Assembly: GCA_963791805.1 (NCBI GenBank)
Contig: CAWBTU010000004.1
Coordinates: 172,163-236,162 of the forward strand
Length of the DNA: 64,000 nucleotides
Direction of reading: 5' to 3'
Origin: an uncultured Clostridiaceae bacterium
Lineage (GTDB): Bacteria; Bacillota; Clostridia; Clostridiales; Clostridiaceae
This document shows positions 37,076 to 46,588 of the stretch, in pieces. Made by a program: the position numbers and the translations under genes. The first letter of the stretch is position 1; every line of letters starts with the position of its first letter. The notes under the pieces were generated by a model. The model had not been told where the DNA came from. It was given only the letters and a program-made list of their open reading frames with translations, and did not search any database.

Positions 37076-38084
37076 TTAAAACACCTCGATTAATTTCCAT
37101 TACCAGCTGATTAATTTTGTCATAATCTAGATTTTCAGGCAAGGGAGAATTGTCTTTCGCATATTTAAACTTTTTATCATATACATCAACCATTTCAAAT
37201 ATCTCTTCATAGGTATATTGGCCATTTCGAATAGCTAATAATAAATCTCTATCCTTATCCCTATATGTGTGAATACCTTTACCTTCTAATATTTCTGTAC
37301 CCATTATTAATAATCTAATTAAATGCATTGAATGTTTAAGCAAATGAAGTTCATCTTTTTTACTGTTTCTATGATTAAGTTTATCATAATCAGAAATAAC
37401 ATTAGACATTTCATTGACCATTCCCTTAAAATCTCTCAATGGATAATGTTTTAAATTTATATCCATATATATTTCACTCTCATATTCTTCTTTTTCTGAC
37501 TTATCAATATATAGTTTAAATTCACCATTTGTTATATCTTTATATCTATCTTCAAAAGTACTCATTTGTTTTTCAATGCTTCCCATTATATGTTTTTCCT
37601 TTTCTGATTGAGGATAACTGTCTCTTGCTAATGCATTTTCCAATCTTCTTAGCTGCTGAATAGCATACCCTCCAAAGGAAGTATAGGCCTTTGTTGATAA
37701 GAAAATTTCTGCATTATTCCTAATTAATCTTCCTTCTTTAGTGCAAATAAATAAATGCTCTTCCTTTGTTCCAAGTATCTCTAATACATTAGGGTTGCAG
37801 TTAACTAAAAGATTTACTATTTGTTTTAAAGGAAATACTGTACAATCTAATTCACGATTTTCTATTGGCTTATCATTGCAATTCATAGTCAATATTTCTT
37901 CTTTTGAATTTAGATATATTCCTCTTACATCAAAATTGCTTATATGTTCTGAAGTGTCAATATTGGTTCCATAAGCATAGGAGCCTCCAGTCGTTAGAAG
38001 AATTATATTATTTAATCTAACATCATTTCTTAAAAAATCATATTCTTCACTATTAATTTTCCCTCTCATTTGTAGTATGTCCAT
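37068..38084 (-). CDS. MNT-fold nucleotidyltransferase (pfam10127/RlaP-like predicted nucleotidyltransferase)
   Basis: GGSYAYGTNIDTSEHISNFDVRGIY fits the minimal NTase motif hG[GS]-x9-13-Dh[DE]. Start at ATG 38084 (RBS AAAGGAG). It overlaps cca by 8 nt. Confidence 0.65.
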   Translation of the reverse strand: MDILQMRGKINSEEYDFLRNDVRLNNIILLTTGGSYAYGTNIDTSEHISNFDVRGIYLNSKEEILTMNCNDKPIENRELDCTVFPLKQIVNLLVNCNPNVLEILGTKEEHLFICTKEGRLIRNNAEIFLSTKAYTSFGGYAIQQLRRLENALARDSYPQSEKEKHIMGSIEKQMSTFEDRYKDITNGEFKLYIDKSEKEEYESEIYMDINLKHYPLRDFKGMVNEMSNVISDYDKLNHRNSKKDELHLLKHSMHLIRLLIMGTEILEGKGIHTYRDKDRDLLLAIRNGQYTYEEIFEMVDVYDKKFKYAKDNSPLPENLDYDKINQLVMEINRGVLIE

Positions 38085-38544
38085 TTTCAGGGCTCCTTTC
38101 TTGAACAAAAATTATTTTTTTTCTAAAATTTCATTTATATATTGTCATAAATTCACATCAACTTCAAGTTTGAAATTACTAGAGTAAGATAATATAACAT
38201 AAATGTAATCATATTGCAATTATAAATAAATCTGCTTAGTCTTTCTTGGCGCTGCGAACTATCTCTTATCAGTAAATATTATGTTGTTCCTTTACTATAT
38301 TATTTTATATAGTAGTATAGTTACTAATATTGACAATACCATAACTAAATCCTATAATTAATTTAAAATACATGAAAGGTAAAGGTATTCGCAGATATGA
38401 GAATGTAATTCACTTAAAGGATTTTTTAGTAAGATGTTAATTTATCTTCAAGCAGAAGATTTTTTGACCTACATTTTATTAATACTATGAGTGGATATGG
38501 ACTTGTTCATGTGAATATTGCCTTGGTAATTATCATATTTTTTT

Positions 38545-38610
38545 ATGATGCTTATTAGTGTTAACTTTGTGCAAGTGTTATCCCCTCCTAGGTTTAAGGA
38601 GGGTTTTTTT
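38545..38610 (+). promoter_or_regulatory. leader-peptide/terminator attenuator sequestering the ABC-F RBS
   Basis: Hairpin CCCCUCCUagguuuaAGGAGGG + UUUUUUU (38582-38610). The 3' arm is the AGGAGG RBS of the downstream gene. A 25-codon leader ORF (MMLISVNFVQVLSPPRFKEGFFVIN*) runs 38545-38622 in another frame. Confidence 0.5.
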
Positions 38611-40264
38611 GTTATTAATTGAAGGTTTAAATATAAAAAAATATTATGGTGACAAACTTATTTTGGATGTGAAGAAGTTAAAAATATACTCTGAGGATAG
38701 AATAGGAATAGTTGGAGTTAACGGTATTGGGAAGACCACCCTAATAAATATACTTTCTAAAAAAGAGGAGCCAGATCAAGGCGTTGTTAAAGTATATGGA
38801 AGCTACTGCCTGGTGGAACAGCTTGGCTTTGAGGAGTATGGAACTATAGGGCAGAAGATAGCTAATAAATTCGGAGTTAACTCTACCTGGACCAATAATT
38901 TAAGTGGTGGTGAGAAAACAAGATTCAAATTGGCTAAATGTTTTGAGAAAGAAAATAATCTAATCTTTGCAGATGAACCCACAAGTAACCTTGACATGGA
39001 TGGCATAGAACTTCTAGAGAAGAATTTTAAGGAGTTCAAAGGTGCACTTGCAATAATATCTCATGACAGAGAGTTCATGGATAAGATTTGCAATAAGATA
39101 CTCGAATTAGATGATGGGAAAATAAAGATTTACAATGGTAATTATAGTAGCTTTAAGCTTCAAAAAAATTTAGAAAGAGAAAGAATGTTATTTGAATACC
39201 AAAAGTATGAAAATGATAAAAGGAATCTTGAGGAGTCCATTGAAGGTGCTAAGCAAAAGGCAAAAACTATAAGAAACGCTCCAGCGAGAATGGGTAATTC
39301 AGAAGCAAGACTTCACAAAATGGGAAATCAAAAAGCTAAGGCTAACCTAGATAGAGCTGCAAAAAACATGAAAGCAAGAATAGACCATCTTGAGGTAAAA
39401 GAAAAGCCAAAGAGAATACAAAATATAAAATTTGACGCCTTAGATATTGGTGAATTGCACAGTAATATAATTATCTCAGGTAAAAATATAAACAAGTCTT
39501 TCCAAAATAAAATCATATTTGAAGGCGCCGAATTTGATTTGTATAATCATTCAAGAACAGCTCTTATAGGACCAAACGGCAGTGGTAAAAGCACTTTGAT
39601 TAAAATGATAATGTCTAAAGACTCTACAATCAAGAGAGCCCATGGCCTAAAGATAGGCTACTTCAGTCAGGATATGGATATATTAAAGGATGAATCAAGC
39701 ATTTTGAAAAATGTAATGGAAGATAGCATATATGATGAAACCTTTGTACGCATACTTTTAAGCAGACTCCTATTTAAAGGTGATGAAGTTTATAAGAAAA
39801 TTAAAGTTTTAAGCGGAGGAGAAAGAGTAAAGATTTCTTTTGCTAAGGTATTTTTGAGCGATATAAACCTATTGATATTAGACGAACCAACAAATTATTT
39901 GGACATTAACTCTCTTGAGGTAATAGAAGACGCTTTAAAAGACTATCCTAGGACAGTGCTATTTGTCTCCCATGATAGAAAATTTGTAAGTGCAGTTGCA
40001 AACAGCATACTTTCTATTGAAAATCATAAATTAATCACCTTTAAGGGAACCTATGAAGAATTTATGATAAAGAGACATAACAGAATTGATATAAGTACGG
40101 AAGAACTAAAGAAACAAATTTCTGTTCTAGAAATCCGCCTTTCAGAAATTATTAGCCGACTTTCTATGCCAGGTAAAAATGATGTTGTAGAACAATTAGA
40201 TAAAGATTATCATCAGGTATTAATGGAGCTTCAAGAATGTAAGAAAAAGCTACTGGGTAAATAA
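38609..40264 (+). CDS. ABC-F family ATPase, antibiotic-resistance type (Vga/Lsa/Sal-like ribosomal protection)
   Basis: Two ABC cassettes with a charged linker. The N-terminus (M)LLIEGLNIKKYYGDKLILDVKKLKIYSEDRIGIVGVNGIGKTTL closely parallels Vga(A). TTG start at 38609 after RBS AGGAGG (listed GTG 38558 would read through the attenuator). Confidence 0.8.
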   Translation: MLLIEGLNIKKYYGDKLILDVKKLKIYSEDRIGIVGVNGIGKTTLINILSKKEEPDQGVVKVYGSYCLVEQLGFEEYGTIGQKIANKFGVNSTWTNNLSGGEKTRFKLAKCFEKENNLIFADEPTSNLDMDGIELLEKNFKEFKGALAIISHDREFMDKICNKILELDDGKIKIYNGNYSSFKLQKNLERERMLFEYQKYENDKRNLEESIEGAKQKAKTIRNAPARMGNSEARLHKMGNQKAKANLDRAAKNMKARIDHLEVKEKPKRIQNIKFDALDIGELHSNIIISGKNINKSFQNKIIFEGAEFDLYNHSRTALIGPNGSGKSTLIKMIMSKDSTIKRAHGLKIGYFSQDMDILKDESSILKNVMEDSIYDETFVRILLSRLLFKGDEVYKKIKVLSGGERVKISFAKVFLSDINLLILDEPTNYLDINSLEVIEDALKDYPRTVLFVSHDRKFVSAVANSILSIENHKLITFKGTYEEFMIKRHNRIDISTEELKKQISVLEIRLSEIISRLSMPGKNDVVEQLDKDYHQVLMELQECKKKLLGK

Positions 40265-40396
40265 TTTTTATATAAATTCTTTACCTTGTTTGAATTTTTA
40301 AAAAGTACGATAATATAGATAACCGGTTAGTACCTTTTGAAAGGAGATGGTTATTTTGATTAAAGTGGAGGGGTGGCTGAAAAGCTAACCAACCCT

Positions 40397-40420
40397 AGGA
40401 GGTTTCGGCCTCCTTTTTTT
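40397..40420 (+). terminator. intrinsic terminator
   Basis: GGAGGuuucggCCUCC + UUUUUUU. Confidence 0.5.
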
Positions 40421-40676
40421 ATAATTTATTACATAAGTTATAATTAATAACCTGTTATAATATTGACAGTAAATAAATTGAGTTTTAAAATAAAATTATG
40501 AAATTTATTTATTTCAGATGAAAGGAGTGTATTTAAATGAAATTTGTATGTATTGTTAATGAGGTGTTTTCAAACTAATTTAATACATGGGAAACAGATG
40601 TTTTTTTGTGTTTCCTAAAATTAATAACCGTCATCTGAAGCAGCAGTAATAATTTGTAATATAATTATGCTTTTAA

Positions 40677-40707
40677 CCGTGGATGGTTAGTTGTCCACGG
40701 TATTTTT
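40677..40707 (+). terminator. intrinsic terminator/attenuator inside leader of downstream small gene
   Basis: CCGUGGAugguuaguugUCCACGG + UAUUUUU. It lies 30 nt before the RBS at 40727. Confidence 0.45.
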
Positions 40708-40793
40708 CTGTCTAAATAAATAATTAGGAGGTGTAAAGATGATTAAGAATATTAACTTATTTGAAATTTTCAAAAATAAGGAGGACTTAATTA

Positions 40794-41081
40794 TTGAGTT
40801 ACAAAAATGGCAAGGAGCTTTTACCAGAAAGGCTTTTGAAAGAAATCCAGAGGTACATTCAAGGTGAACTAATTTATATACCTAAAGAAGAGAATGTTAG
40901 AAAAGCCTGGGGAACAGGAACTGGAACTAGAGATTATATGGATAAAAGAAATAATGAAATCTATGCTAAATATAAAGATGGTGCCGATATTGATTATCTA
41001 ATGTCAGCTTACAATTTATGTGAAGATAGTATAATTAAGATAGTTAAAAATAAAGGTAAGGAAAATAAAAACTTGCCTTAA
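40794..41081 (+). CDS. small putative transcriptional regulator (Mor/CD3324-like), TTG start; overlapped by a 42-codon upstream ORF (40740-40868)
   Basis: 95 aa, ...LPERLLKEIQRYIQGELIYIPKEENVRKAWG.... An alternative 42-aa ORF with strong RBS AGGAGGTG-N7-ATG at 40740 overlaps it in another frame. Confidence 0.4.
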   Translation: MSYKNGKELLPERLLKEIQRYIQGELIYIPKEENVRKAWGTGTGTRDYMDKRNNEIYAKYKDGADIDYLMSAYNLCEDSIIKIVKNKGKENKNLP

Positions 41082-41092
41082 AATAATTCAAA

Positions 41093-41131
41093 AAGACCCC
41101 TCGATTATAATTATTCGAGGGGTCTTTTTTT
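41093..41131 (+). terminator. intrinsic terminator
   Basis: AAAGACCCCUCGauuauaauuauuCGAGGGGUCUUUUUUU. Confidence 0.7.
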
Positions 41132-41170
41132 GAGATAACCCATATAATTTATTGCATTAAATTAGAAATT

Positions 41171-42829
41171 TTATTTTTTTATAAACTTGCTAAATCTGTT
41201 TTTAATTTTTTCTTCTCCAATTATCTGCATAACAGTGTAAAGATCAGGAGTGCTAGATCTATGAGTTATTGCTGCTCTAACAGCTGCTGCTACATCTGCT
41301 ACCATTCCTTTAAACATTTCTGGATTGGCTTTGTATTCTTTTCTGTTTGAGGTGTAGCCAAGTTCTGCTCCAAAAGATTTTAATTCATCAAACCAAGTGT
41401 CTTTATCCACATTAAAATTAAACACTTTGGAATAAGCTTCAATTATACGCTTAGCTTCTGCTAATTCCATATTTTTAGGAAGCTCAATTTGATCTACTTG
41501 CTCTTTGTCAAATAATTCATCAAAGAAATAATAAACTTTACCTCTAACATCCATCCATTTTGCAAAGTCTTTTCTTGGGTTGGAGCCTTCTTTATCTATA
41601 TTAAAGATTTCTTTAGAAAAAGTAGCATTAGCTGTTATAAATTCATACATCTCCATATCGAATTCCTTTGCCCACTTTGTATAACTAGCATATACTTCAT
41701 CAGCTTTCATTCTAGCTATAACATCCTTTGAAACATCTCCAAGTTTAACAAGGTCAAATAATGCTCCACTTTTGCTCATCTTGTCTAGAGTTATTTCAAA
41801 GCTTGAGCTATCTTCATATGGATTTTCCACTCTCCATTCCTCAAAACCTGAATTTATTATATTTAATAAATACTCATTTACTGATTGAACTGGATATCCT
41901 ACTTCATTGTAGTATGAAACTGCCGCTTCAGGGTCCTTCCTTTTAGACAGCTTTCTCTTTGATCCACCATCTAGCTTCATTATTGTTGGAGTGTGGGCAT
42001 AATTAGGAATCTCAAAACCCAAAACATTAAAAAGCTGAATATGGATTGGAAGTGAGGATAGCCATTCTTCTCCTCTAATAATATGTGTAGTTCCCATAAG
42101 GTGGTCATCTATAGCATGGGCAAAATGATATGTTGGTAGTCCATCACCTTTTATTAGAACAATATCTTGATTGTTTTCAGGGAAGGATATATCCCCCTTA
42201 ATCAAATCATTGATTTCTACCCTTTTTTCACTTTCTCCAGGTGATTTTAATCTAAGTATATAACTTTCTCCACTGTTTATTCTTTCAATTGCCTCTTCAC
42301 TTGATATATTTCTACACTTGGCGTATTCTCCATAATAACCTGGTGTTACCTTTTGTTCTACTTGATTTTCTCTAACTTTAGTTAATTCTTCTGGGCTACA
42401 AAAGCATGGATATGCCAATCCCTTTTTAATTAAATCAAATGCAAAAGTCTTATATATTTCTTCTCTTTCACTTTGTCTGTATGGACCATAATTGCCTTTT
42501 GAGCTATCTTTGGACATCATACCTTCATGAAAATTCAATCCAAAATTATGCATAGTGCTTATTGTATCTTCTACAGCACCTTCTACTTCTCTTTTTTGAT
42601 CAGTATCCTCTATTCTAATATAGAATATTCCTTCACTTTGATTAGCCAGTCTTTCATCGATTAAGGCTGAAAATACCCCACCAATATGTTGAAACCCTGT
42701 AGGACTTGGTGCATATCTTGTAACTTTAGCACCTTCCTTTAAACTTCTCTTTGGATATTTCTCATAATAATACTCGGGACTTTTATCAATGCTTGGGTAT
42801 ATTAATTTCGCTAATTTTTCAAAACTCAT
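41171..42829 (-). CDS. gltX: glutamate--tRNA ligase
   Basis: HIGH-type motif [12 protein letters not shown] and KLSKR (KMSKS). 552 aa, long for GltX. Confidence 0.85.
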   Translation of the reverse strand: MSFEKLAKLIYPSIDKSPEYYYEKYPKRSLKEGAKVTRYAPSPTGFQHIGGVFSALIDERLANQSEGIFYIRIEDTDQKREVEGAVEDTISTMHNFGLNFHEGMMSKDSSKGNYGPYRQSEREEIYKTFAFDLIKKGLAYPCFCSPEELTKVRENQVEQKVTPGYYGEYAKCRNISSEEAIERINSGESYILRLKSPGESEKRVEINDLIKGDISFPENNQDIVLIKGDGLPTYHFAHAIDDHLMGTTHIIRGEEWLSSLPIHIQLFNVLGFEIPNYAHTPTIMKLDGGSKRKLSKRKDPEAAVSYYNEVGYPVQSVNEYLLNIINSGFEEWRVENPYEDSSSFEITLDKMSKSGALFDLVKLGDVSKDVIARMKADEVYASYTKWAKEFDMEMYEFITANATFSKEIFNIDKEGSNPRKDFAKWMDVRGKVYYFFDELFDKEQVDQIELPKNMELAEAKRIIEAYSKVFNFNVDKDTWFDELKSFGAELGYTSNRKEYKANPEMFKGMVADVAAAVRAAITHRSSTPDLYTVMQIIGEEKIKNRFSKFIKK

Positions 42830-42844
42830 AATTATTTCTCCTTC

Positions 42845-43160
42845 CTTTAATTAAAAAATAAAAGCCTCTCATCCTAAAAAATTAGGACGAAAGGCTGTTT
42901 TCCGCGTTACCACCTAAATTGGTTAATTTCCCTTAACCCAACTCAATTATCTTTAAGGGAATTACCCCATAAATATACTCCACCCCTTAGGATTTTCTAT
43001 TTATTGCTCCAAAGCTTCTTTCCACAGCGTTAAATTCTAAGCTTCCACCCTACTTAAATCTCTTTAAATTAACTCTCCATGTACTCTTCTTTCTCATTGC
43101 ACAATATTTAAACACAATTGAAATTATACAGGTAACTATTGCTCTTGTAAAGATGTTTTG
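42845..43160 (-). ncRNA. T-box leader regulating gltX
   Basis: Minus-strand T-box sequence AAUUUAGGUGGUAACGCGG (42902-42920). Terminator AGCCUUUCGUCCUAAuuuuuUAGGAUGAGAGGCU + UUUUAUUUUUU (42852-42896), immediately upstream of the gltX RBS. Confidence 0.75.
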
Positions 43161-43205
43161 TTATAAATTAAATGTTTTAATATTGTACTAAGGCTCAACT
43201 TGGAT

Positions 43206-44126
43206 TTAGTATAGTGTACCTTTTCTATCCAATATGATTTTCTTTAAACCTTCTAAAATAATATTCTCATTTTCTAAATACACTAATTTGTACTCTCCTA
43301 TGCTAAAACCAAAGCTATTGGTTAAATCTGAAGGTATCGCTACATATATTATTTTTTCAATTTCTAATTTCCACCCAGTAGTAAGTTCCTCTAAAGTTTT
43401 TTTTGGTAATCTCATAAATTCATTTGGTAATTCAATTGATACAACATTTATTAACTCCTTGATATTATTTTCAATGTCAACTCTTGTTAACTGATTATAT
43501 CCTTTTTCCAAAATCCTCACATTAAAAGCCCCACCAGCAAAAATTAACCCTACATAGGTTATATTACTTCTACTACAAATAAATATTTTCCTTTTAGGTT
43601 CTTCTAGTATTACCCTCGTTCCAGCTGCCAAACATAAAAAATTGTCAATCAAAATTACCCTACTGCATTTAGTTTGTGATGCTGCATCACTAATTATTTC
43701 TGGAACCTTTGATTGAGAAATTTGAAATGGAAACGCAATAAACAATACGGGCTTAGATAATGATTTCTTAGTATTACTTAAAACATATATTAATAATTGC
43801 TTCATGATATTGTAATCATGCCAGTAACTCTCATTATTTATATTTGTCAATAAATCAGGAAAAACTTCTTCCATAGATTTGTCGATGAAAATATTATCTT
43901 CCTTTTCATAAGCTCTTATTCTCCCATCAAATAAATCCACTCCTACATACTTTCTTCTCAAAAATCCAAATACATTTTTATTCCTTGTTTTTTTATATGT
44001 TCTATTCTCATAAATATTTTCACTCTTATTTACCTTATCTTGCAGTTGTAAGAAAATATTATCAGTTTCTTCTATTAATCTCATTCTTCTCTTTATTGCA
44101 CTTTCAGGTATCTTATACTCTTTCAT
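43206..44126 (-). CDS. hypothetical protein
   Basis: 306 aa ORF with good coding look and no recognisable motif. Confidence 0.5.
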   Translation of the reverse strand: MKEYKIPESAIKRRMRLIEETDNIFLQLQDKVNKSENIYENRTYKKTRNKNVFGFLRRKYVGVDLFDGRIRAYEKEDNIFIDKSMEEVFPDLLTNINNESYWHDYNIMKQLLIYVLSNTKKSLSKPVLFIAFPFQISQSKVPEIISDAASQTKCSRVILIDNFLCLAAGTRVILEEPKRKIFICSRSNITYVGLIFAGGAFNVRILEKGYNQLTRVDIENNIKELINVVSIELPNEFMRLPKKTLEELTTGWKLEIEKIIYVAIPSDLTNSFGFSIGEYKLVYLENENIILEGLKKIILDRKGTLY

Positions 44127-44236
44127 AAAAATCTCACCTCTATATTACATGTATACTTTTACTAATCAACCTTAAGCACATAATTAGAAGTAAAAATCGT
44201 TCCAATTTTTAAGCAGTCAGATCATTTGCTAAGTTG

Positions 44237-45670
44237 CTAATTATAACAAACAATTGGAGCGCCCTCACTAATATTCTCATATATTGGCTTAGCCACAGCG
44301 TATGGTAAGTTCACACAACCATGAGAACCATCTGTTCTATATATAGTTCCACCAAATTCACCTTTCCTCCAGCTTGCATCATGAAGTCCAATGCCAGCAT
44401 TAAATGGCATCCAAAAACTAACGGGAACTTTATAATCCTCACCTACTAATGTATAATTTTTCAATTTATATTTTAACCTATAAATACCTGTTGGCGTTCC
44501 ACGGCCCTCGCTTACATTACCTGTAACAACATCTCCTTGAACTATTAATGATCCATTTTTATAAAACCATAAATGTTGTTTTGCCATATCTATTTCTACA
44601 TAGGTATTTCCAATGTCATTAGCACTATGAGATGCGGCTGTTTGTATGTACTTGGGTTCTTTATCTATGGTTTTTCCGTCTTTAACTGCAGCAATTAAAT
44701 CTTCCGTTTCTTTTGCAGTATTAATTTGCCATCCATAATCACCACCGCCAATATTTATTGTTCTTCCTGAAGATGTAACAAAACTCCTTGTCTTACCATA
44801 AGTATTTATTTTACTCGATAGTACATCCATATATTTTTTCATTTTTTTCTCATCAAATGTAATTTTAAAATTATCATTAACTGTAAGCCACTCATTTATT
44901 GCTGAACCATCTATAGTTTCTTTATTGTCTCCAAAAGTATAGGTGATTTTTGAAGAGACATATTGATTGAGACTATCTCTAATTTTAGTAGTTTCGTTTG
45001 ATTTTACAGTATACTCTGGATTAACATAACATTTGATTGCTTGCAAATCTATTTTATTTTCTCCTTTAAGTATAGCCTTTACTACATTATCGTATAATGC
45101 GTTTTTATCAACTTTGTTCCCATTTAGTTCTGCACCAATCGTATAGCCTTTATCTGAATATTTGAAACTAGGATTTTTAGGTTCAATTACATTTTTACTA
45201 TCGAAACAAGATAGATTGTCCAGTTTTGCTTCCAATTGTTTTTTATCATATGAAACTCCTGCATTCAGTTTAGTATCTTTTGAGCTTGCTAATGCTAGAA
45301 TCCACTTGTACGAATGCTGTTTATCTTTAAGTTTATTAAATTTTCCACCTGAATTATACTTTAGTCCAATGTCCTCTGCTCTAATTTGTTCGTTCTTACC
45401 ATCTCGCTCCTTCAAATTCAATTTATAGGATTTCATCTGAGATGCCATTTTTTTATTTGCTCCCCCTACAGTTTTCCCAGAAACACTTACACAGTTAATT
45501 TCAGAACCAAAATAAAAATGACTCCTGAAGTATTCTGCTATTCCAAAATAAATAACAAGTACAGTGCAAAGAGAAATAACAGTAAACATAAGAATTTTAT
45601 TACGTCTACTCTTTTCTGTAGTAGCAATGATAATTTTATTACCTTCATTCTTTTCTGTATCCTTTTCCAT
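44237..45670 (-). CDS. L,D-transpeptidase family protein (YkuD domain) with N-terminal TM anchor
   Basis: C-terminal catalytic GSHGCVNLP. The N-terminal TM is followed by repeated domains. Confidence 0.7.
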   Translation of the reverse strand: MEKDTEKNEGNKIIIATTEKSRRNKILMFTVISLCTVLVIYFGIAEYFRSHFYFGSEINCVSVSGKTVGGANKKMASQMKSYKLNLKERDGKNEQIRAEDIGLKYNSGGKFNKLKDKQHSYKWILALASSKDTKLNAGVSYDKKQLEAKLDNLSCFDSKNVIEPKNPSFKYSDKGYTIGAELNGNKVDKNALYDNVVKAILKGENKIDLQAIKCYVNPEYTVKSNETTKIRDSLNQYVSSKITYTFGDNKETIDGSAINEWLTVNDNFKITFDEKKMKKYMDVLSSKINTYGKTRSFVTSSGRTINIGGGDYGWQINTAKETEDLIAAVKDGKTIDKEPKYIQTAASHSANDIGNTYVEIDMAKQHLWFYKNGSLIVQGDVVTGNVSEGRGTPTGIYRLKYKLKNYTLVGEDYKVPVSFWMPFNAGIGLHDASWRKGEFGGTIYRTDGSHGCVNLPYAVAKPIYENISEGAPIVCYN

Positions 45671-45825
45671 TGTCGACCTCCCCTTTTTAATTACAATGAT
45701 GATAAAATAGTAATGAAATTAAAATAACTTATATTTTAAACACTTATGATTTAAGTGAAACAATATATTATATATGTAAAAATTGGTTATAATATACATA
45801 TAATATATCACTTTCTCAGAAAAAC

Positions 45826-45873
45826 ACAACCGCCCGTAAGTATTTTTTTTGTAAAATACTTACGGGCGGTTGT
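45826..45873. terminator. 20-bp perfect palindromic terminator (bidirectional)
   Basis: ACAACCGCCCGUAAGUAUUU-uuuuuugu-AAAUACUUACGGGCGGUUGU. It lies downstream of the minus-strand RR gene. Confidence 0.65.
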
Positions 45874-45925
45874 ATATAAGTTGATGGAGCTAAGGCATAA
45901 CGTATAGATATATTTATAAAAATAT

Positions 45926-46588
45926 TTACTGTTTTTGAGTATGGATAATTCCGTGTTCAATAGCTACTGCAACAGCTTCTGATCTAGAATCAACATTTAA
46001 CTTACTATAGATATTAGTTAAATGTGCTTTAACAGTTCTTTCAGATATCTCCATATCAAAAGCTATCTCTTTACTTGTACAACCTCTAGCAATAGATTGT
46101 AAAATAAATAATTCTCTTTCTGTAATTGAAATATTTAAAGAATTCTTGTGTTTATTAGAATTATTTTTAGAATTAAAAATATTATTACTGATTTCAGGTT
46201 GAAGAAGTATTTCTCCCCGAATAGCAGATTCAATTGTTCTAATAAGCTGTTCTCTTGTAGTATCTTTAAGCAAATATCCTTTAGCGCCCAGTGCAAGCCC
46301 TTCCATGATTAAATTATCTTCATTGAAGGTTGTTAAAATAATTATTGGTACTAAATTATTTTTTTCGTTTAATGCCTTTATTACTTCAAGGCCGCTCATT
46401 TTACCCATATTTAAATCCATTAAAATTACATCTAGTTCTAATTGTTCTATAAGCATTAAGGCTTCATTGCCATTTTCCGCTTCACCTACAACTTCATAAT
46501 TTTCTTCAGTTTCGAAAATTAATTTTAATCCTTCTCTAACCACAAAATGATCATCTACCACCAATATTTTTCTTTTACTCATTTTCAT
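45926..46588 (-). CDS. response regulator, NarL/LuxR (DegU-like) family
   Basis: REC (ILVVDDHFVVREG...DVILMDLNM) plus LuxR HTH. Start MKMSKRK with RBS AAAGGGG. Confidence 0.8.
   Translation of the reverse strand: MKMSKRKILVVDDHFVVREGLKLIFETEENYEVVGEAENGNEALMLIEQLELDVILMDLNMGKMSGLEVIKALNEKNNLVPIIILTTFNEDNLIMEGLALGAKGYLLKDTTREQLIRTIESAIRGEILLQPEISNNIFNSKNNSNKHKNSLNISITERELFILQSIARGCTSKEIAFDMEISERTVKAHLTNIYSKLNVDSRSEAVAVAIEHGIIHTQKQ

Noticed and set aside
38558-38608. The listed GTG start (38558) for the ABC-F gene.
   Set aside because: It would translate through the terminator hairpin (MLTLCKCYPLLGLRRVF) with no RBS. The conserved ABC-F N-terminus begins at the TTG (38609), which has a properly spaced AGGAGG.
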